The notes: generated by a model from the letters alone, not told the origin. Positions 10,316 to 23,904 are shown, counted from the stretch's first letter. The stretch: 64,000 nt of DNA from Felis catus (GCF_018350175.1 NC_058378.1:5766001-5830000); one strand, 5' to 3'. Numbers and translations are program-made.

Positions 10316-12730
10316 ACCCAAAAGTAGATCCAGTTTATTCAAAGACACTTCCCTTGCTGCCAGTTCACCAGTATTTAAATAAAAAGCAAACTACGTATGT
10401 GTAAATCTATGTGAGAGTAATTTCATGACTCTCATTTGTATGCTATTTCACACTAGAGGCCTACTATGCAAATATGATGCATAATTTTTGAATATTAATA
10501 TATCAGAATCCAGTGGTAGGGAAGGGTCTCCAAACCTTCCCCACTTTATCTTTCCATATAGGGCAAGGATTACCATAGAAATATGGACTCTCTATGGACT
10601 CTTTATAATATACACTTGGCTTTGGGCAAAGAGCTGAAATCCTGACAAAGAGGGAGAATTCAGTGTTTGAAATGGGTCATTTGCTTTCCACAAACTATAC
10701 AATACACCTTAAGGAAGATTCAAAGTGCCGCTATGCATTCCAGATTTCCTTTAGGAAAAGTCCCTTTCTGCAGTTCCATTCTTCATTTTGTTCCTTCTGG
10801 AAATAAAGTGCATGGTGTTTATATTTTGTAAAAAGCACAAATTATAGAAATTTTCCAACCACAAGGAAGCAGTCCCCACATTACTCTGATGACAAAAATG
10901 AGGTCTCTGTAAGCACACTGTTCATAAAAAAAAAAAAAAAGACTTCTGCAATGACCATTGAAGGATAAAATGAGAACCTTTTTCGTGATTTGATGCAGAG
11001 TTTGTGAATTAATCAAAGAGCTGACTCTAATATCCATATTTATAAAACACACCACACCTAAATAACTCTATTTCTCTCTTGAGAAATACTTAGCCTGTCT
11101 TGAGACACGAATAATGACATAAGTCAAGAAGAAGGGGATACAGGTACATCCTTTTCCTCATGCCTCAAACAGGTGCGTGAAATTGAAACATATTCTTTGA
11201 ATTCCCCCAAGATCAGGAATGTATAGTATTAACTATTTCTACTTTGTTACTAAAATTTAAATTGGCTAGAGAGTATGAACATAATGTGGGTGTCCGACAG
11301 TGGAAGAAAAATCACACCAATACTATCTGCCATCAGTAAGAAAATTACTCTGCTCAGGGATGCTGAGAAAAGAGTTATTTTTAACAATTTACAACTCTGA
11401 CCTAAGCAGGGACAGAACCACTTTCTTGAGAGGCTTTAGCGCAGCTGAAGAAAGCTACCACTTTAAGAAAGCTTCACTAACTATGAAGGCAGAAGAAAGC
11501 GACAATTGTACCATCGGTGTGACGAACACATCCACCCCAACACCTGCCAGCTCAGACCACCCTACAAAGAAACAAAGAACAAGTTTTCGATCCAACGATT
11601 AATTGCTTCTTTCGACTCAAATGTTGGGAACACATTCCCAGGACACTTGTGCCTTCTTCGCCCTGCAAAGAAAAGGACAGCTACCATTTTTTCCTGCCAA
11701 ATGGGCCGATTCTCAAATCTATCTTGCCCCTTTTCCGCTACAGTCAATAGAGTCAAAGACAAACTTTCCTGACTCCCTTGAGACGGCCATTACGTTTCCA
11801 TGTGGGATTTGAGGCACACACCATTCCTCCAGCAATCAGTGGGACTATGGTGCTTATCATTATAAGTGAGTGCGCTAAACTTGTCTTACTCCTTTTCCTT
11901 GTTCACACACACACACACACACACACGCGCGCGCACAGATGACATGCTATTATGGAATGTGTCCATTTGGGGTCTCAATATAACAAAACGTCTCAGGAAT
12001 ACCTCTGATGCCCACGTCTTCCTGCTGTCCTCATCCTGCCATCTAACTGTGGGTTCTCAACACCTTTTGGCCTAAAGGCTACAGCGGTATCCTAATTAGT
12101 TTCTTCTAATCTGAATCCAAATGCCATCATTTTATGCGAACTTGTCACAACTAGAGTTCTGGAATGGCTACAAGCCTGCAGTGGTTCCCCATAGGCTAAC
12201 AAATTAAAGGTAAATCCTTTGCCCCCTGGGCATCAAAGGTGTCCACAATTCACACATCACCTGTCTTTTGTACTCGTTTTCTATGTCTCTGTTCTGGGTC
12301 AGCTGCATACTCATGTGCACCTGTTTGGGTTGGCTTATTCTCCCTCCAGGTAGCCTGGCCCTCAAACCAAATTCTCCCTTTCTCCTTCAATCCTTAAATA
12401 AAATTAGGTGTTTCTCCTTTTCTTTCTTCAAGCCAGGAGGCACTTTATTGGTCTTTTAGGACTTTTTACTCATCGTGCCTTAAATTAATGTTAAATGAGT
12501 GCTTGTCTTACCCAGGAATCCAGATGGATAGAAGAAGCCCCATCTTTTCTATCTGTGCATTTCCTGAGGGATGACAGGTAAACAGTTAAGTGAGTTGCGA
12601 TGACCTAGCCATAGTCATAATCTCACTTGGTTTGTCTTCTATGCCACAGGCTTGAATTCCAAAATTGGCGGCAATAAGAATTAGAATCAAGGTATAGGAA
12701 GGGATTTGCCTCTTCATCTACAAAATTTCT

Positions 12731-13068
12731 CTCCAGTACAACTATAACGTGAATCATACATGTAATGTGAAATTTTCTACTGGTATTATTAAAAAAAAAA
12801 CCTTTATATGAAACAGGCCAATAAAATTTTAATATATATTTTCTTTAAAGCAATGTACCCCAAGTATTAAACATGTAGTCAATATAAAATATTTGTGAGA
12901 TGCTTTGTGTGTATGTGAAATATGTATATATATAGCATGAGATGCTGTGTGTCTTTTACAATCTTTGAAATCTGGTGTGCATTTTACACTTACACTATAT
13001 CTCAAATGGGACAATCCAGCATAGAAAATGATCAGTAGCTATGGTGACTACCATTTTTTATAGTGCAA
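12731..13068. mobile_element. MER33-like hAT-Charlie DNA transposon
   Basis: Characteristic segments 'atgtaatgtgaaattttctac', 'gaaacagg', 'aacatgtagtcaatataaaa', 'tctttgaaatctggtgtgcattttacacttaca..tctcaa'. Confidence 0.8.
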
Positions 13069-13167
13069 AGCTAAAGCATGAATGATCACAGCAGTGATAA
13101 ATCAATTTATTGTTTAAAAAACATAAAATAAAAATTCTCATTAAAAAATATATTGTATTTTTTTCCC

Positions 13168-13364
13168 NNNNNNNNNNNNNNNNNNNNNNNNNNNNNNNNN
13201 NNNNNNNNNNNNNNNNNNNNNNNNNNNNNNNNNNNNNNNNNNNNNNNNNNNNNNNNNNNNNNNNNNNNNNNNNNNNNNNNNNNNNNNNNNNNNNNNNNNN
13301 NNNNNNNNNNNNNNNNNNNNNNNNNNNNNNNNNNNNNNNNNNNNNNNNNNNNNNNNNNNNNNNN
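13168..13364. other. Assembly gap (N-run)
   Basis: Run of n. Confidence 0.99.
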
Positions 13365-14139
13365 CTCCCTGGCATGTGTAAGTAAATGACTACGGAGGAA
13401 TTTCTAGAAAGTGGGCAAATATGTATAAAGTACAGGTATTATGAAGGTCCCTTAAATAACCCTATTGTGTAGGTAATATTAAAACTATTATTTTAGTTTT
13501 GAATACATGAAGCAAAGCACCAAATTGGTACTCCTTGACAAAATATAACATGCAAATTAGATCCACATGAGAAACAGATTGCTAGAGTATTGTATAACTT
13601 CACCAACATGTCTTAACAACATCAATTAGCTTTTAAATATTATTCTTTTAAAAAATGGTACAGAGGAACATAATCCTATTTTAATCCTCTCAGCTTTATT
13701 TTCCTTAACAAACTGCTCTTTAATGAAAGAATTTTAGTGACAATGAAGGAGAGAATTGCCGTGAAAAAACAAAGTTCACCTCCTGAATTTTACTGTTGAC
13801 ACTTGGGTGTTTTATAATTGATAATATTTATCTGTGACCCATCTTACTGGGAGAACTTCTTAAAGACACAAATGAAAAGTTTTGCCAAATGGAGATGTGA
13901 TTACTAATGTGATACTGTACTTGCTTAAAAACACCCATTCTATCATGGGTCATTCCTAGGCTTACGGGGTGGGGGGGGGTAAATCACACAAGAGAAATTA
14001 ATAGAAACTAATCAAATCTTTCCAAAACACCTGCAAAGACCCTCCTTTTTATTGTATTGTTGTTACAAAAATTTCTTTTAATCCCATAGGCTATATGATT
14101 ATGCAGAAAGGGAGTAGCTTTAGAAAAAGGAGCCTTTGA

Positions 14140-14280
14140 CCGCCACCATTTCTGCACTGACTTATCTCGTGCACGTTCTTTCCCCTCTCTGAGCCTTTTT
14201 CCTCCAAAGTGAAATGCGCACTAGGAAATCTATTTTGCAAGATGATTATTAGGATTAAGTGATAAAACATATGCTCATAT
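14140..14280 (+). mobile_element. MIR fragment
   Basis: cctctctgagcctttttcctcc..gtgaaatg..attaggattaagtgata resembles the MIR core. Confidence 0.55.
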
Positions 14281-14600
14281 CTAATTAAAATTCATCTATC
14301 ATTCATCAGTGATGTGTCTACCCCTTCCCGTTCCCCGCCAGATACCCCGTAAGTGTTGTCTGTTGTGTAGTGCCATTCTTGGAATTACTTATGGTTTAAT
14401 AGGATCTCCTGAAAACCAAAGGAGTGTTCAGGTGTGGGGACAAAATAACTGGCATGATGATAAACATGTAACTTCTGATTCAGTGGGACTATGACAATGA
14501 AGCTCTCTTGAACTCTGCTATCATTTGCCCTAGGACCTTCTTATCACTCATTATTCACACTACATATGGCAGATGCTTCATTAAATACTGTACTGATTTT

Positions 14601-15730
14601 TTAAGTTTTTATTTAAATTTCAGTTAGTTAACAGTGTAATAGTAGTCACAGGTGCACAAAACAGTGACCCAATGCTTCCATCCAACACCCAGGGCTCATC
14701 ACAACAGTGCCCTCCTTAATCCCCATCACCTAACCACCTAACCACCCCACCCACCTCCTTTCTGGTAACCACCAGGTTGTTCTCTAAAGTCAAGAGGCTG
14801 TTTCTTGGTGGGCCTCTTTCTTTCTTTCTTTTCTTTTTTTTTCCCCCATTGCTACTCATTTGTTTCTTACATTCCACACACGAGTGAAATCATAAGGTAT
14901 CTGTCTTTCTCTGATGAACTTACTTCACTCAGCATAAAACTCTCTACCTCCATCCATACCGTTGCAAATGGAAAGATTTCATTCTTTTTTAAGGCTGAGT
15001 AATATTCCGCCACCTATGTATACATATACACATCTTTATCCATTCATCAGTCAGGGGACACTTGGGCTGTTTCCCCAAGTTGGTTATTACAGATAATGCC
15101 GCTGTAAACATCAGGGTGCACGTATCCCTTTGAATTAGTGTTTTTGTATTCTTTGAGTAAATACCTAGGAGTGCGATTGCTGGATCATAGGGTAGTTCTA
15201 TTTTTAACATTTTTGAGGAACCTTCATACTGTTTTCCAGAGTGGCTGCACCAGTTTGCATTCCCACCAACAGTGCAAGAAGTTTCCACTTTTTCCCCCAT
15301 CCTCACCAACACCTGTTGTTTCTTGTGTTGTTGATTTTAGCCATTCTCATAGATGGGAGGTGATATATCGTTGCAGTTTTGGTTTGTATTTCCCTGATGA
15401 TGAGTGATGTTGAGCATCTTTCCATGTGTCTGTTGGCCATCTAGATGTCTTCTTTGGGAAAATGTCTATTCATGTCTTGTGCCCATTTTTTAAAATTGGA
15501 TTAGTCATTGTTTGGGTGTTGAGTTTTATAAGTTCTTTACATTTTTGTAAAATAACCCTTTATCAGATACAACATTTGCAAATATCTTGTCTCATTCAGT
15601 AGGTTGCCTTTTAGTTTTGATTATTTCCTTCCTGTGAAGAAGTTTTTTTTTTACTTTGATGTAGTCCCAATAGTTTTACTTTTGTTCCTCTTGCCTCAGG
15701 AGACATTTCTTGAAAGACGTTACTCCGGTT
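14601..15730 (-). mobile_element. 5'-truncated carnivore L1 (ORF2 3' end plus 3' UTR)
   Basis: ORF 14989-15312(-) gives the L1 ORF2 C-terminal motif (TVGGNANW...LKIELPYDPAIALLGIY...MFTAAL...KQPKCPLTDEWIK). Carnivore L1 3' UTR present. Degenerate TSD at 14585-14600 and 15731-15746. Confidence 0.95.
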
Positions 15731-16774
15731 ATATTGCATTCATTTTATATCGTCTTACAAGTTAGTCTTTTCCTCCCAATTAGATTTTAAAGTTTTTGAA
15801 TGTAGCAACCTAGTAGTCCACTTGGAGTCCCTAAAGGGCCCTGGGCGCAAAGTGACTCACAAGGTAGGCATTTAAAAAAATGCTTTAGTTAATTGACTGA
15901 TAGCAACAGACGAATTCTATTCAAACAAAGGCTATTGTATTGCACTTGGCAAACAAGGTCCACACCATTACAATGAGTAACTCTGAGCTTCAATAGAGTT
16001 ATTAAAGCAATAATGGAAACAAATTAATTAATGGAAACTAATTAATTCTCTAAAAATACCTGGGAAGTGTTACTTCTGCGTGGAGAAATAAGGAAATGAA
16101 AGTCATTTGACTACAAATGTCTGATTAAGTACCAGAGGTAGGGAAACAGTGTGCCCCATGGGATTCCAGTCCCTACCCTAACTACAATTTATATCCCATC
16201 AAGAGATTTGCAGAGCCTAACTAAACAGGATGCCCATTTCAAACAAGAGAGTCAGAAAAAGTTGCTGTAAATGTTATACAATATGCCGCGCCATTAAATA
16301 TTGTGAATCAATCCTACAAAGCATGCAAGCCGCACTGAAAAATTCAGTTTGCTCTGCTCCGTGATGGTATACATGCAGACCTTAAGGGCACCCAAGGAAT
16401 AATTCATCCTATCCATATTAAAATGATTTTCTGCCTCAGTTAGCGGAGTTCCCATAATTGTTTCAAAATTCACTTGACATTTGCTCATGAAATTTTAAGC
16501 CATCGAAGACCAGGGTAAATGGTACACGCTGCAGTGTGTTCCATTTAAGAAAAAAACAGTTTTTATCACCCCCTCCATCCTTTATCTCCGCCTCTCTTTA
16601 CTCCCATTTGTAAGTGTGACCAGTACACGTTTTATCTCCTCTCTTGTGGCAGAAGATGGTCCACGATACTGTTAGTATCTGATCAACTTTGTATGCTCCA
16701 TAACAAGTACAACTGTACAAGTAGTACAGTTACTTGGAAACACACACACATGGAGATTTATGGAAAATTATTAA

Positions 16775-17615
16775 TTTTTGACTTCCACAATTATATACTG
16801 AGCACCCAATAGCTGCCAACCACTGTTCTGGGTGTTGTGCATACAGTAGAAACGAGACAGACTCAACCCTTGCCTTCAAGATACTTATTTTCTTATTACC
16901 ACTGGGCAGGTGATACTGATTGTCATTGACAATAACTTAACAGCGATCAAATAAGGAAGCTGGTTTTAGTTATGAGGAGGTGCTGTAAGGAAAGGGAGAG
17001 AGGGTGATATGTTAAAGAATGATGTGTGTTGGGTAGGGTGTATCCTCAACAGGCTGGTTAAGGAAGACCTCTTTGAAGCTAAGACAATGAAACTCAGCAA
17101 TGAATTAAGAGAAGTGAACCATGAGGAGGTCTTAGCAAAGACCCTTGTGAGTGGTGGAAATATTTTGTGAAAAGGCTTTGAGGCAAGGAACGAAAAAAAA
17201 AAAAAGAATGAGGAGTAAGTGTGGGGGGTGGCACAAGGGAGCATTAGGCGGGAGGGAGGAGCTGAGAACATTGAAACTCCTAAGTCACTGATGGGATTTG
17301 AGTCTGAATGCAATGACTCAAAGCGTTTTAAGCAGGGAATAAGACCAGAAGTATGCGAATAAGATTGTTTAAAAAGATTTTTTCCACCTATGTGAAGACG
17401 GAATGGAGGAAACGCTAAGAGAAGACAGTGGTTCGCCCAGGAGATAAAGAAAGGCAGGTGCATTGAGGATGTATTTCAGTAGACTGGGTGTCATGTGCTG
17501 AGGAGAAAAGGGGGACTCAAGGGTGATTCTGTGGTTTGGGTCCAAACAGCAGCGCAGGTGATGCTTCCATTTACTGCGATGGGGACAGATGAAGAAGGGA
17601 AAGTTAAACAGCAAT
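16775..17615 (-). mobile_element. L2 fragment(s)
   Basis: Reverse L2 3' end (actgagcacc..ccactgttctgggtg..atacagtag..agacagac) followed by a purine-rich L2 body (ttaagcagggaa..; gactcaaggg..gatggggacagatgaa). Confidence 0.75.
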
Positions 17616-17654
17616 ATCGAAGATCGTGGTGGTAAATACCATTTCAAAGTGGCA

Positions 17655-17780
17655 TTGGTAATTTCACAGACAGTAAAGGGAGACTCAGGAAGGTTAAGAA
17701 ATTTGCCTGAAGTCACATGTTTGAACTGGAATTTGAGGAAACCCTGCCTGATTTTAAAGCCCAGGCCCTCTGGACCCACT
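17655..17780 (-). mobile_element. MIR fragment
   Basis: atttcacaga..gagactcaggaaggttaagaaatttgcctgaagtcaca is the reverse MIR core. Confidence 0.7.
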
Positions 17781-17814
17781 TCTGGCCTTCTTTGCACCCA
17801 TTTTAAAAAGAATT

Positions 17815-18425
17815 AAAAAAATTAAAAGTAGATCTACCCTATGACCCAGCAATAGCACTGCTAGGAATTTACCCAAGGGATACAGGAGTGCTGATGCGTA
17901 GGGGCACTTGTACCCCCAATGTTTATAGCAGCACTTTCAACCATAGACAAATGATAGAAAGAGCCTAAATGTCCATCAACTGATGAATGGATAAAGAAAT
18001 TGTGGTTTATATACACAATGGAATACTATGTGGCAATGAGAAAGAATGAAATAATGGCCTTTTGTAGCAACGTGGATGGAACTGGAGAGTGTGATGCTAA
18101 GTGAGATAAGTCAGGCAGAGAAAGACAGATGTTTTCACTCTTCTGTGGATCCTGAGAAACTTAACAGACGACCATGGGGGAGGGGAAGGAAAAAAAAAGG
18201 TTAGAGAGGGAGGGAGCCAAAACATAAGAGACTCTTAAACACTGAGAACAAACTGAGGGTGGGGGGGAGGGGAGGGTGGATGATGGGCATGGAGGAGGGC
18301 ACCTGCTGGGATGAGCACTGGGTGTTGTATGGAAACCAATTTGACAATAAATTTCATATTTAAAAAAATAATAAAATAAAAATAAAAAATAAATAATAAA
18401 TAATAAAATAAAAATAAAAAGAATA
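17815..18425 (+). mobile_element. 5'-truncated felid L1 (ORF2 end, 3' UTR, A-rich tail)
   Basis: ctaccctatgacccagcaatagcactgctaggaatttaccc..., feline L1 3' UTR (gggatgagcactgggtgttgtatggaaaccaatttgacaataaa) and an (AAAAT)n tail. Confidence 0.95.
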
Positions 18426-18875
18426 AAAAGCTGAAAGGACAAATGTTCAGATTACAAAATGGATCACTGCTGATACTATTTTTCTATGTGCTCTTTTCTT
18501 ATAGAAACAGGATTTTATCTACAAAAATGTATTCTACATATGAAGATTGAATATACCATTATGTAAAATGAAACTCAAGTGTAGCTTTGACTGAACACAA
18601 ATCTTGCCAGCTTGCACCATTACAAATGAAATGGGTTCAAGACACTGAAAAGGTAAAACAGGTATGATCCTGATCGACTTAAGCAAAGCGTCTGAAAACC
18701 AAATGGGGAAGTACTCAGATTTCCCATATTATAAACTCGAAATGGTCACATCCCAGGGAATTCCCAGCAAATTCCTCATCCTCTGTCTTACAGCTTATTT
18801 GTATTTGTAAGCACCGGTCTCCACAACAGAGATAACAGGTGAGCTCTTCCGGACCCTTACACCAAGAAGAAAGTA

Positions 18876-19080
18876 GGGGCACCTGGGTGGCTCAGTAGGT
18901 TGAGCATCCCACTCTTGATTTCAGCTCAGGTCATGATCTCACGGTGGTTCGTGGGTTCGAGCCCCACATCAGGCTCTGTGTTAACAGCAGAGCGTGCTTG
19001 GTATTCTGTCTCCCTCTCTCTCTGCCCCTCCCTTGTGCACACTCTCTCTCACTCTTTCCCTAAATAATATTTTTTTTTTA
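18876..19080 (+). mobile_element. Can-SINE
   Basis: ggggcacctgggtggctcag head and CT-rich 3' part. Confidence 0.92.
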
Positions 19081-19210
19081 ACAAGAGAGTGTATTTTCTC
19101 AGACAAAATATTCTACTACAGTAATCAGGTTTTCCCAGGGAACACAATTCATTTTTTTCAGTTGCATTAATTCAAAACCTAATCTCTCAATTCTAAAATA
19201 CTGCTTCCAT

Positions 19211-19403
19211 GGGGCCCCTGGGTGGCTCAGTCGGTTGAGTGTCCAGTTTTGGCTCAGGTCATGATCTCCCGGCTCGTGAGTTCAAGCCCCACATGGAGCT
19301 GGCCGCTGTCAACACAAAAGCCTGCTTCACATCCTTTGTCCCCCACTCTCCGCCCCTCTCCTCCTTGCACGCTCTCGAAAATAAATAGACACTTAAAAAA
19401 AAA
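19211..19403 (+). mobile_element. Can-SINE
   Basis: ggggcccctgggtggctcagtcggttgag head and A-tail. Confidence 0.92.
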
Positions 19404-19869
19404 TCTTTAAAACTGGCCTCTAGGTAAATATTTGTTCCAGATTCCAAACACCATGATTTTGTGGGCTCTTTCAGAGATAGGATCAGCTTGTTCTTTTGAA
19501 AAACGTTTCCATCGCTTTGTTGGTTGAAGTGGGGGGATAGACGAAACAGTTACAGTGGGCAGAACTGACACCAACCTGCGTGTCAAGCGGGTGATGGTTT
19601 AATTATTTCACTCTAGTTGGTGTATCTTTTTAAATGCAAAATTTAAACAAAGCCAAAGACGTAAATCCTATTTACAGTGAGCTAATCTGGGAAGATCGTA
19701 ACTCTAAAATATACAGGGAGAATACAATTTTCTACATTTAAAGGGACATATCGACCCCAAAGGTAATCTTTTTCTTTCTTATGAAAGAAAAAAAGATGTT
19801 CAGCATAATAAACTCATGTAGGTAAATGCTGGACAAAAGGTCAATTCTGTTCCATAAAAATGACATTTT

Positions 19870-21060
19870 CGAGGCAAGGGAAACAAAAGCAAAAATAAAC
19901 TATTGGGACGACAACAAAATAAAAAGCTTCTGCACAGCATAGGAAACCATCAACAAAACAAAAAGGCAACCCCCTGAATGGGAGAAGACATTTGCCAGTG
20001 ATATACATGATAAGGGGTTAATATCCAAACCATATAAAGAACTTACACAACTCAACACCAAACATCCAACTGAAAACACAGGCAGAGGACGTGAAGAGAC
20101 ATTTGTCCAAAGAGGACATCCNNNNNNNNNNNNNNNNNNNNNNNNNNNNNNNNNNNNNNNNNNNNNNNNNNNNNNNNNNNNNNNNNNNNNNNNNNNNNNN
20201 NNNNNNNNNNNNNNNNNNNNNNNNNNNNNNNNNNNNNNNNNNNNNNNNNNNNNNNNNNNNNNNNNNNNNNNNNTGAAGAAAAAGGAGCCCTTGTGCACTT
20301 TTGGAGGGAATGCAAATTGGTACAGCCACTGTGGATGATAGTACGGAGGTTCTTCAAACAATCAAAAAGAGAAATACCATATGATCCAACAATTCCACTG
20401 CTGAGTATTTACCCAAAGAAAACAAAAACAGTATTTTGAAAACATATATGCAGCCCTATGCTTATTGCAGCATTATTTACAATAGCCAAGAGACAGAAGC
20501 AACCCAAGCATCTATCAATAGACAAATGGATAAGGAAAATACAGTGTGTGTGTACATATGTATCACCCACACACGCACACACACACAAAAGCGCATCCAG
20601 GAATATTACACAGCCATAAAAAAGGATGAGATCACGCCATTTGTGACAACATGGATGAACCTAGAGTGTTACACTAAGTGAAGTCAGACTTAAAAGACAA
20701 ATAGCGTACGATCTCACTCGTGTGGAATGTTAAAAAAAATGAATAAACAAACAAAAAGCAGAATCAGACCTATAAATACAGAGAACAAGCTGACGGTTGC
20801 CAGAGGAGAGAGAAGTGGGAGACGGGCAAATGGCTAAAGGGGAGAGGCAGATATAGGCTTTCAGTAATGGAATGAGTTATGGGAACTAAAGACACAGCCT
20901 AAGAAATACGGTCGATGGTGATGTAACAGCATTGTATGGGGACAGATGGGAGCTATGCTTATGAGCGCAGCACAATTTGTACACTTGTTCAATCACTATG
21001 TGGCACACCTCAAACTACTGGAACATTGTGTGTTAACTATACTCAAATGAAAACAAAATC
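19870..21060 (+). mobile_element. Older carnivore L1 (ORF2 3' part plus 3' UTR), with internal gap
   Basis: aaaagcttctgcacagca..aaaaggcaac..gaatgggagaaga..; gggaatgcaaattggtacagccactgtgga..; 3' UTR ending tgtgttaactatactcaa. Confidence 0.93.
20122..20273. other. Assembly gap (N-run)
   Basis: Run of n. Confidence 0.99.
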
Positions 21061-21061
21061 T

Positions 21062-21340
21062 GGAGGGCACCTGAGCGGCTCAGTCAGTTGAGCGCCCAAC
21101 TCTTGGTTTCGGCTCAGGTCATGATCTCGCCATTCATGGGATCGAGTCCCATATCAGGCTCTGTGCTGAANNNNNNNNNNNNNNNNNNNNNNNNNNNNNN
21201 NNNNNNNNNNNNNNNNNNNNNNNNNNNNNNNNNNNNNNNNNNNNNNNNNNNNNNNNNNNNNNNNNNNNNNNNNNNNNNNNNNNNNNNNNNNNNNNNNNNN
21301 NNNNNNNNNNNNNNNNNNNNNNNNNNNNNNNNNNNNAAAA
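21062..21340 (+). mobile_element. Can-SINE in the L1 tail, 3' part in a gap
   Basis: gggcacctgagcggctcagtcagttgag..caggctctgtgctga, then an N-run. Confidence 0.88.
21171..21336. other. Assembly gap (N-run)
   Basis: Run of n. Confidence 0.99.
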
Positions 21341-21454
21341 GAAAATACAAGGACAGATGATGATCCTGATCTCCAGAAATTTTAAGCGTGAAACAAAACC
21401 TAAAAATAGTAGAATTTCTCAAGCCAATAATCACATTTAAAAAATCAGGCTATT

Positions 21455-21652
21455 GTGGGGTGGGGGGGTTTGGCTAAATGGGTGATGGGTACTAAGGAGG
21501 GCACTTGTTGGGATGAGCACTGGGTGTTATACTATGTAAGTGATGAATCCCTGGGTTCTACTCCTGAAACCAACACTACACTGTATGTTAACTAACTTGA
21601 ATTAAAATAAATAAATTTTAAAAATAAAAAAAGTGAGAAAAAAAAAGGAGGA
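21455..21652 (+). mobile_element. Short carnivore L1 3'-end insertion
   Basis: gggtgatggg..aaggagggcacttgttgggatgagcactgggtgtt..tgtatgttaactaacttga plus A-tail. Degenerate TSD aaaaaatcaggctatt / aaaaaattcaagctatt. Confidence 0.9.
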
Positions 21653-22517
21653 AAAAAATTCAAGCTATTAACTTGGCCAGGTAAAGGTATGACTGCAGAG
21701 TAAGCAGGCAATTTTTGTAAGAATTGACATTTAGCAATAATCTAATTAAACTATGCTTGGACTTATCGATCAGAATATTTCACAAAACTTCATGGAAACA
21801 GAGAGAAGAAAATAGCCATGAAGGGCACTATGTCACTCTTTCAACGACTCTCTAGAAGGAGGGATGTAATGGACTAAGTAACTTATAAGCCTGTAGATGG
21901 TTTTTAAACCTGGAAGGTGAACATGATAGCAAAATCCTAAGCAGCACCAAATATGCCCATTTCAGTGTGGCCTAACAGTCACAGAGAAAAATTCCAAGTG
22001 ATTTAGCATCTCCATTAATAAACCAAAGTAGAAAATTCTGCATGTCAACTGAATATATTGAACGATATTCCAGGAAGCATGAAAAATACAAAGGACAGGA
22101 ACTAAGCCAGTAACCAAAGACAAAATGTAGATTAGGCAAATGGAAACATATGGAACCAGAAGAAACACTGCTAACCAAAACTAAGAGAAACAAATTCAAC
22201 GAAGTCAGGTTTTGAGTATTCTTTTTTATTATTACAGGAGGGCACAATGTTCCAAACATCTCACTGCAAAAAGCCTGACAGACTCTCAAAATCCACTTGT
22301 ACGTGGTGAGTGATAGAAATGGAGAAATTCAAAACTTATTTATATCCCCAATCAAGATGAAATGTCAATAATGTGCCTGTCTTCCTCTCAGCAGTGAGCA
22401 TTTCAATGGGGGCATCACACTTAAGGATTCCATTAACACACAAAAATAAATGCATAGAACTGCAGGTAAACCACACAAAAATCAGTGCAATTGCAGAACA
22501 GTAAAATAATACGATCA

Positions 22518-22739
22518 GGGGCGCCTGGGTGGCGCAGTCGGTTAAGCGTCCGACTTCAGCCAGGTCACGATCTCGCGGTCCGGGAGTTCGAGCCCCGCGT
22601 CAGGCTCTGGGCTGATGGCTCGGAGCCTGGAGCCTGTTTCCGATTCTGTGTCTCCCTCTCTCTCTGCCCCTCCCCCGTTCATGCTCTGTCTCTCTTTGTC
22701 CGAAAAATAAATAAATGTTTAAAAAAAAATTAAAAAAAA
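22518..22739 (+). mobile_element. Young feline Can-SINE
   Basis: Intact CpG-rich body. Perfect TSD AAAATAATACGATCA at 22503-22517 and 22740-22754. Confidence 0.97.
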
Positions 22740-23152
22740 AAAATAATACGATCAATTTGAAAGTTATGTCTCTACGTAAGAACTTTTAAGTAGAAACACT
22801 AGAGATTATCTAAAACTTTAAGACATTGTCTTAAACTTGTTGGTAGCAAACTTCATAGGATCCAAGCATGATATTACTCTTTTTAAAAACGGCACTGGAT
22901 TTTGAAGAGTGCAACATAAGTCAAACAGGAAGGTTTAACCGAATTTGCTAATACCACGGGATTCCAAATGTGCAGGGTTAAAAATATACCACAAATCTAC
23001 TTAAAAATATAAACTTATCAATTCCCTAAACAGACGCAGATGACAATAAACATGAAAATAACTCCAACCTCAACAATCATAATCACATTGGCCGGAAAAA
23101 TTACTGATATAACCTAATTTTGGAAAGGACACTTAGAAATGGGATCCTGCTT

Positions 23153-23373
23153 GGGGGGCCTGGGAGGCTCAGTTGGTTAAGCGTCCGACTCTTGGTTTCG
23201 GCTCAGGTCATGATCTCACGGTTCATGAGTTCTAGCCCCACATCAGGCTCTGCGTTGATAGCACAGAGCCTGCTTGGGATTCTCTGTCTCTCCCTCTCTC
23301 TCTGTCCCTTCCCCACTTGCTCTTTCTCTCTCTGTGTCTCTCTCTCTCTCAAAAATAAATCAAATTTTTAAAA
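23153..23373 (+). mobile_element. Can-SINE
   Basis: Full-length. TSD aaatgggat(c/t)ctgct at 23137-23151 and 23374-23388. Confidence 0.95.
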
Positions 23374-23904
23374 AAATGGGATTCTGCTCATTGATATCCT
23401 TGGTGGGAAAATACATTTGCTCCACCTTTCTGTTTGGCTGCTTAGAAGGATGTTCCAAAATAGTAAATGGGTGTATGCAGTTTGCCTTCTGGTCCTCCTA
23501 CTAGAACTTACCCAAAAACAAAAACAAAACAAAACAAAAAATCTCACAGTATGTAAATGGAATGGTGTTCTAGGGAAGTTATAAAACGGGATCTAGGGAA
23601 TTTATATCTATTCATAAAATAAAATACATATTCATCAATAAGACCCTTTTTAAAAGTATATAATGTAGTCTTATACAGCCTTAAAATTATGTACCTCTAC
23701 CCTTTTATATATAGAAAAGGGGCCTATCAGACACTGTTGAACAAAAATTATTTTACATAACAACCTACACAGTAAGATCTCATATCTATACACACATGTA
23801 TATATATGTAATTTTGTACAAATTCATTTATGTAATGCATATAAATATTTATAAAGTCTTAAACACTGTTTACAGGGAGTTATGAAATTGGGTTGAATTT
23901 ATGT

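Larger units (their letters stand above)
21670..23900 (+). mobile_element. Highly degraded ancient L1 (L1M/L1ME-like) fragments hosting younger inserts
   Basis: A-rich sequence with weak L1 ORF2 and 3' UTR resemblance (attaggcaaatggaaacata..ccagaagaaa; tggtgggaaaataca..ccacctttc). Boundaries uncertain. Confidence 0.45.

Noticed and set aside
10436-10482. Octamer ATGCAAAT with nearby variants
   Set aside because: Short AT-rich motifs are expected by chance and there is no other support.
13058-13389. ORFs containing long X runs (also near 8.7, 20, 21 and 29.8 kb)
   Set aside because: Artefacts of N gaps.
14989-15312. 107-aa ORF with recognisable protein motifs
   Set aside because: It is the C-terminal remnant of a truncated L1 ORF2, not a host CDS.
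16966-17797. 165-aa and 142-aa minus-strand ORFs
   Set aside because: They lie in decayed L2/MIR sequence and are biased to Ser, Phe and Leu.
19766-19797. T-rich/A-rich hairpin
   Set aside because: Low-complexity pairing.
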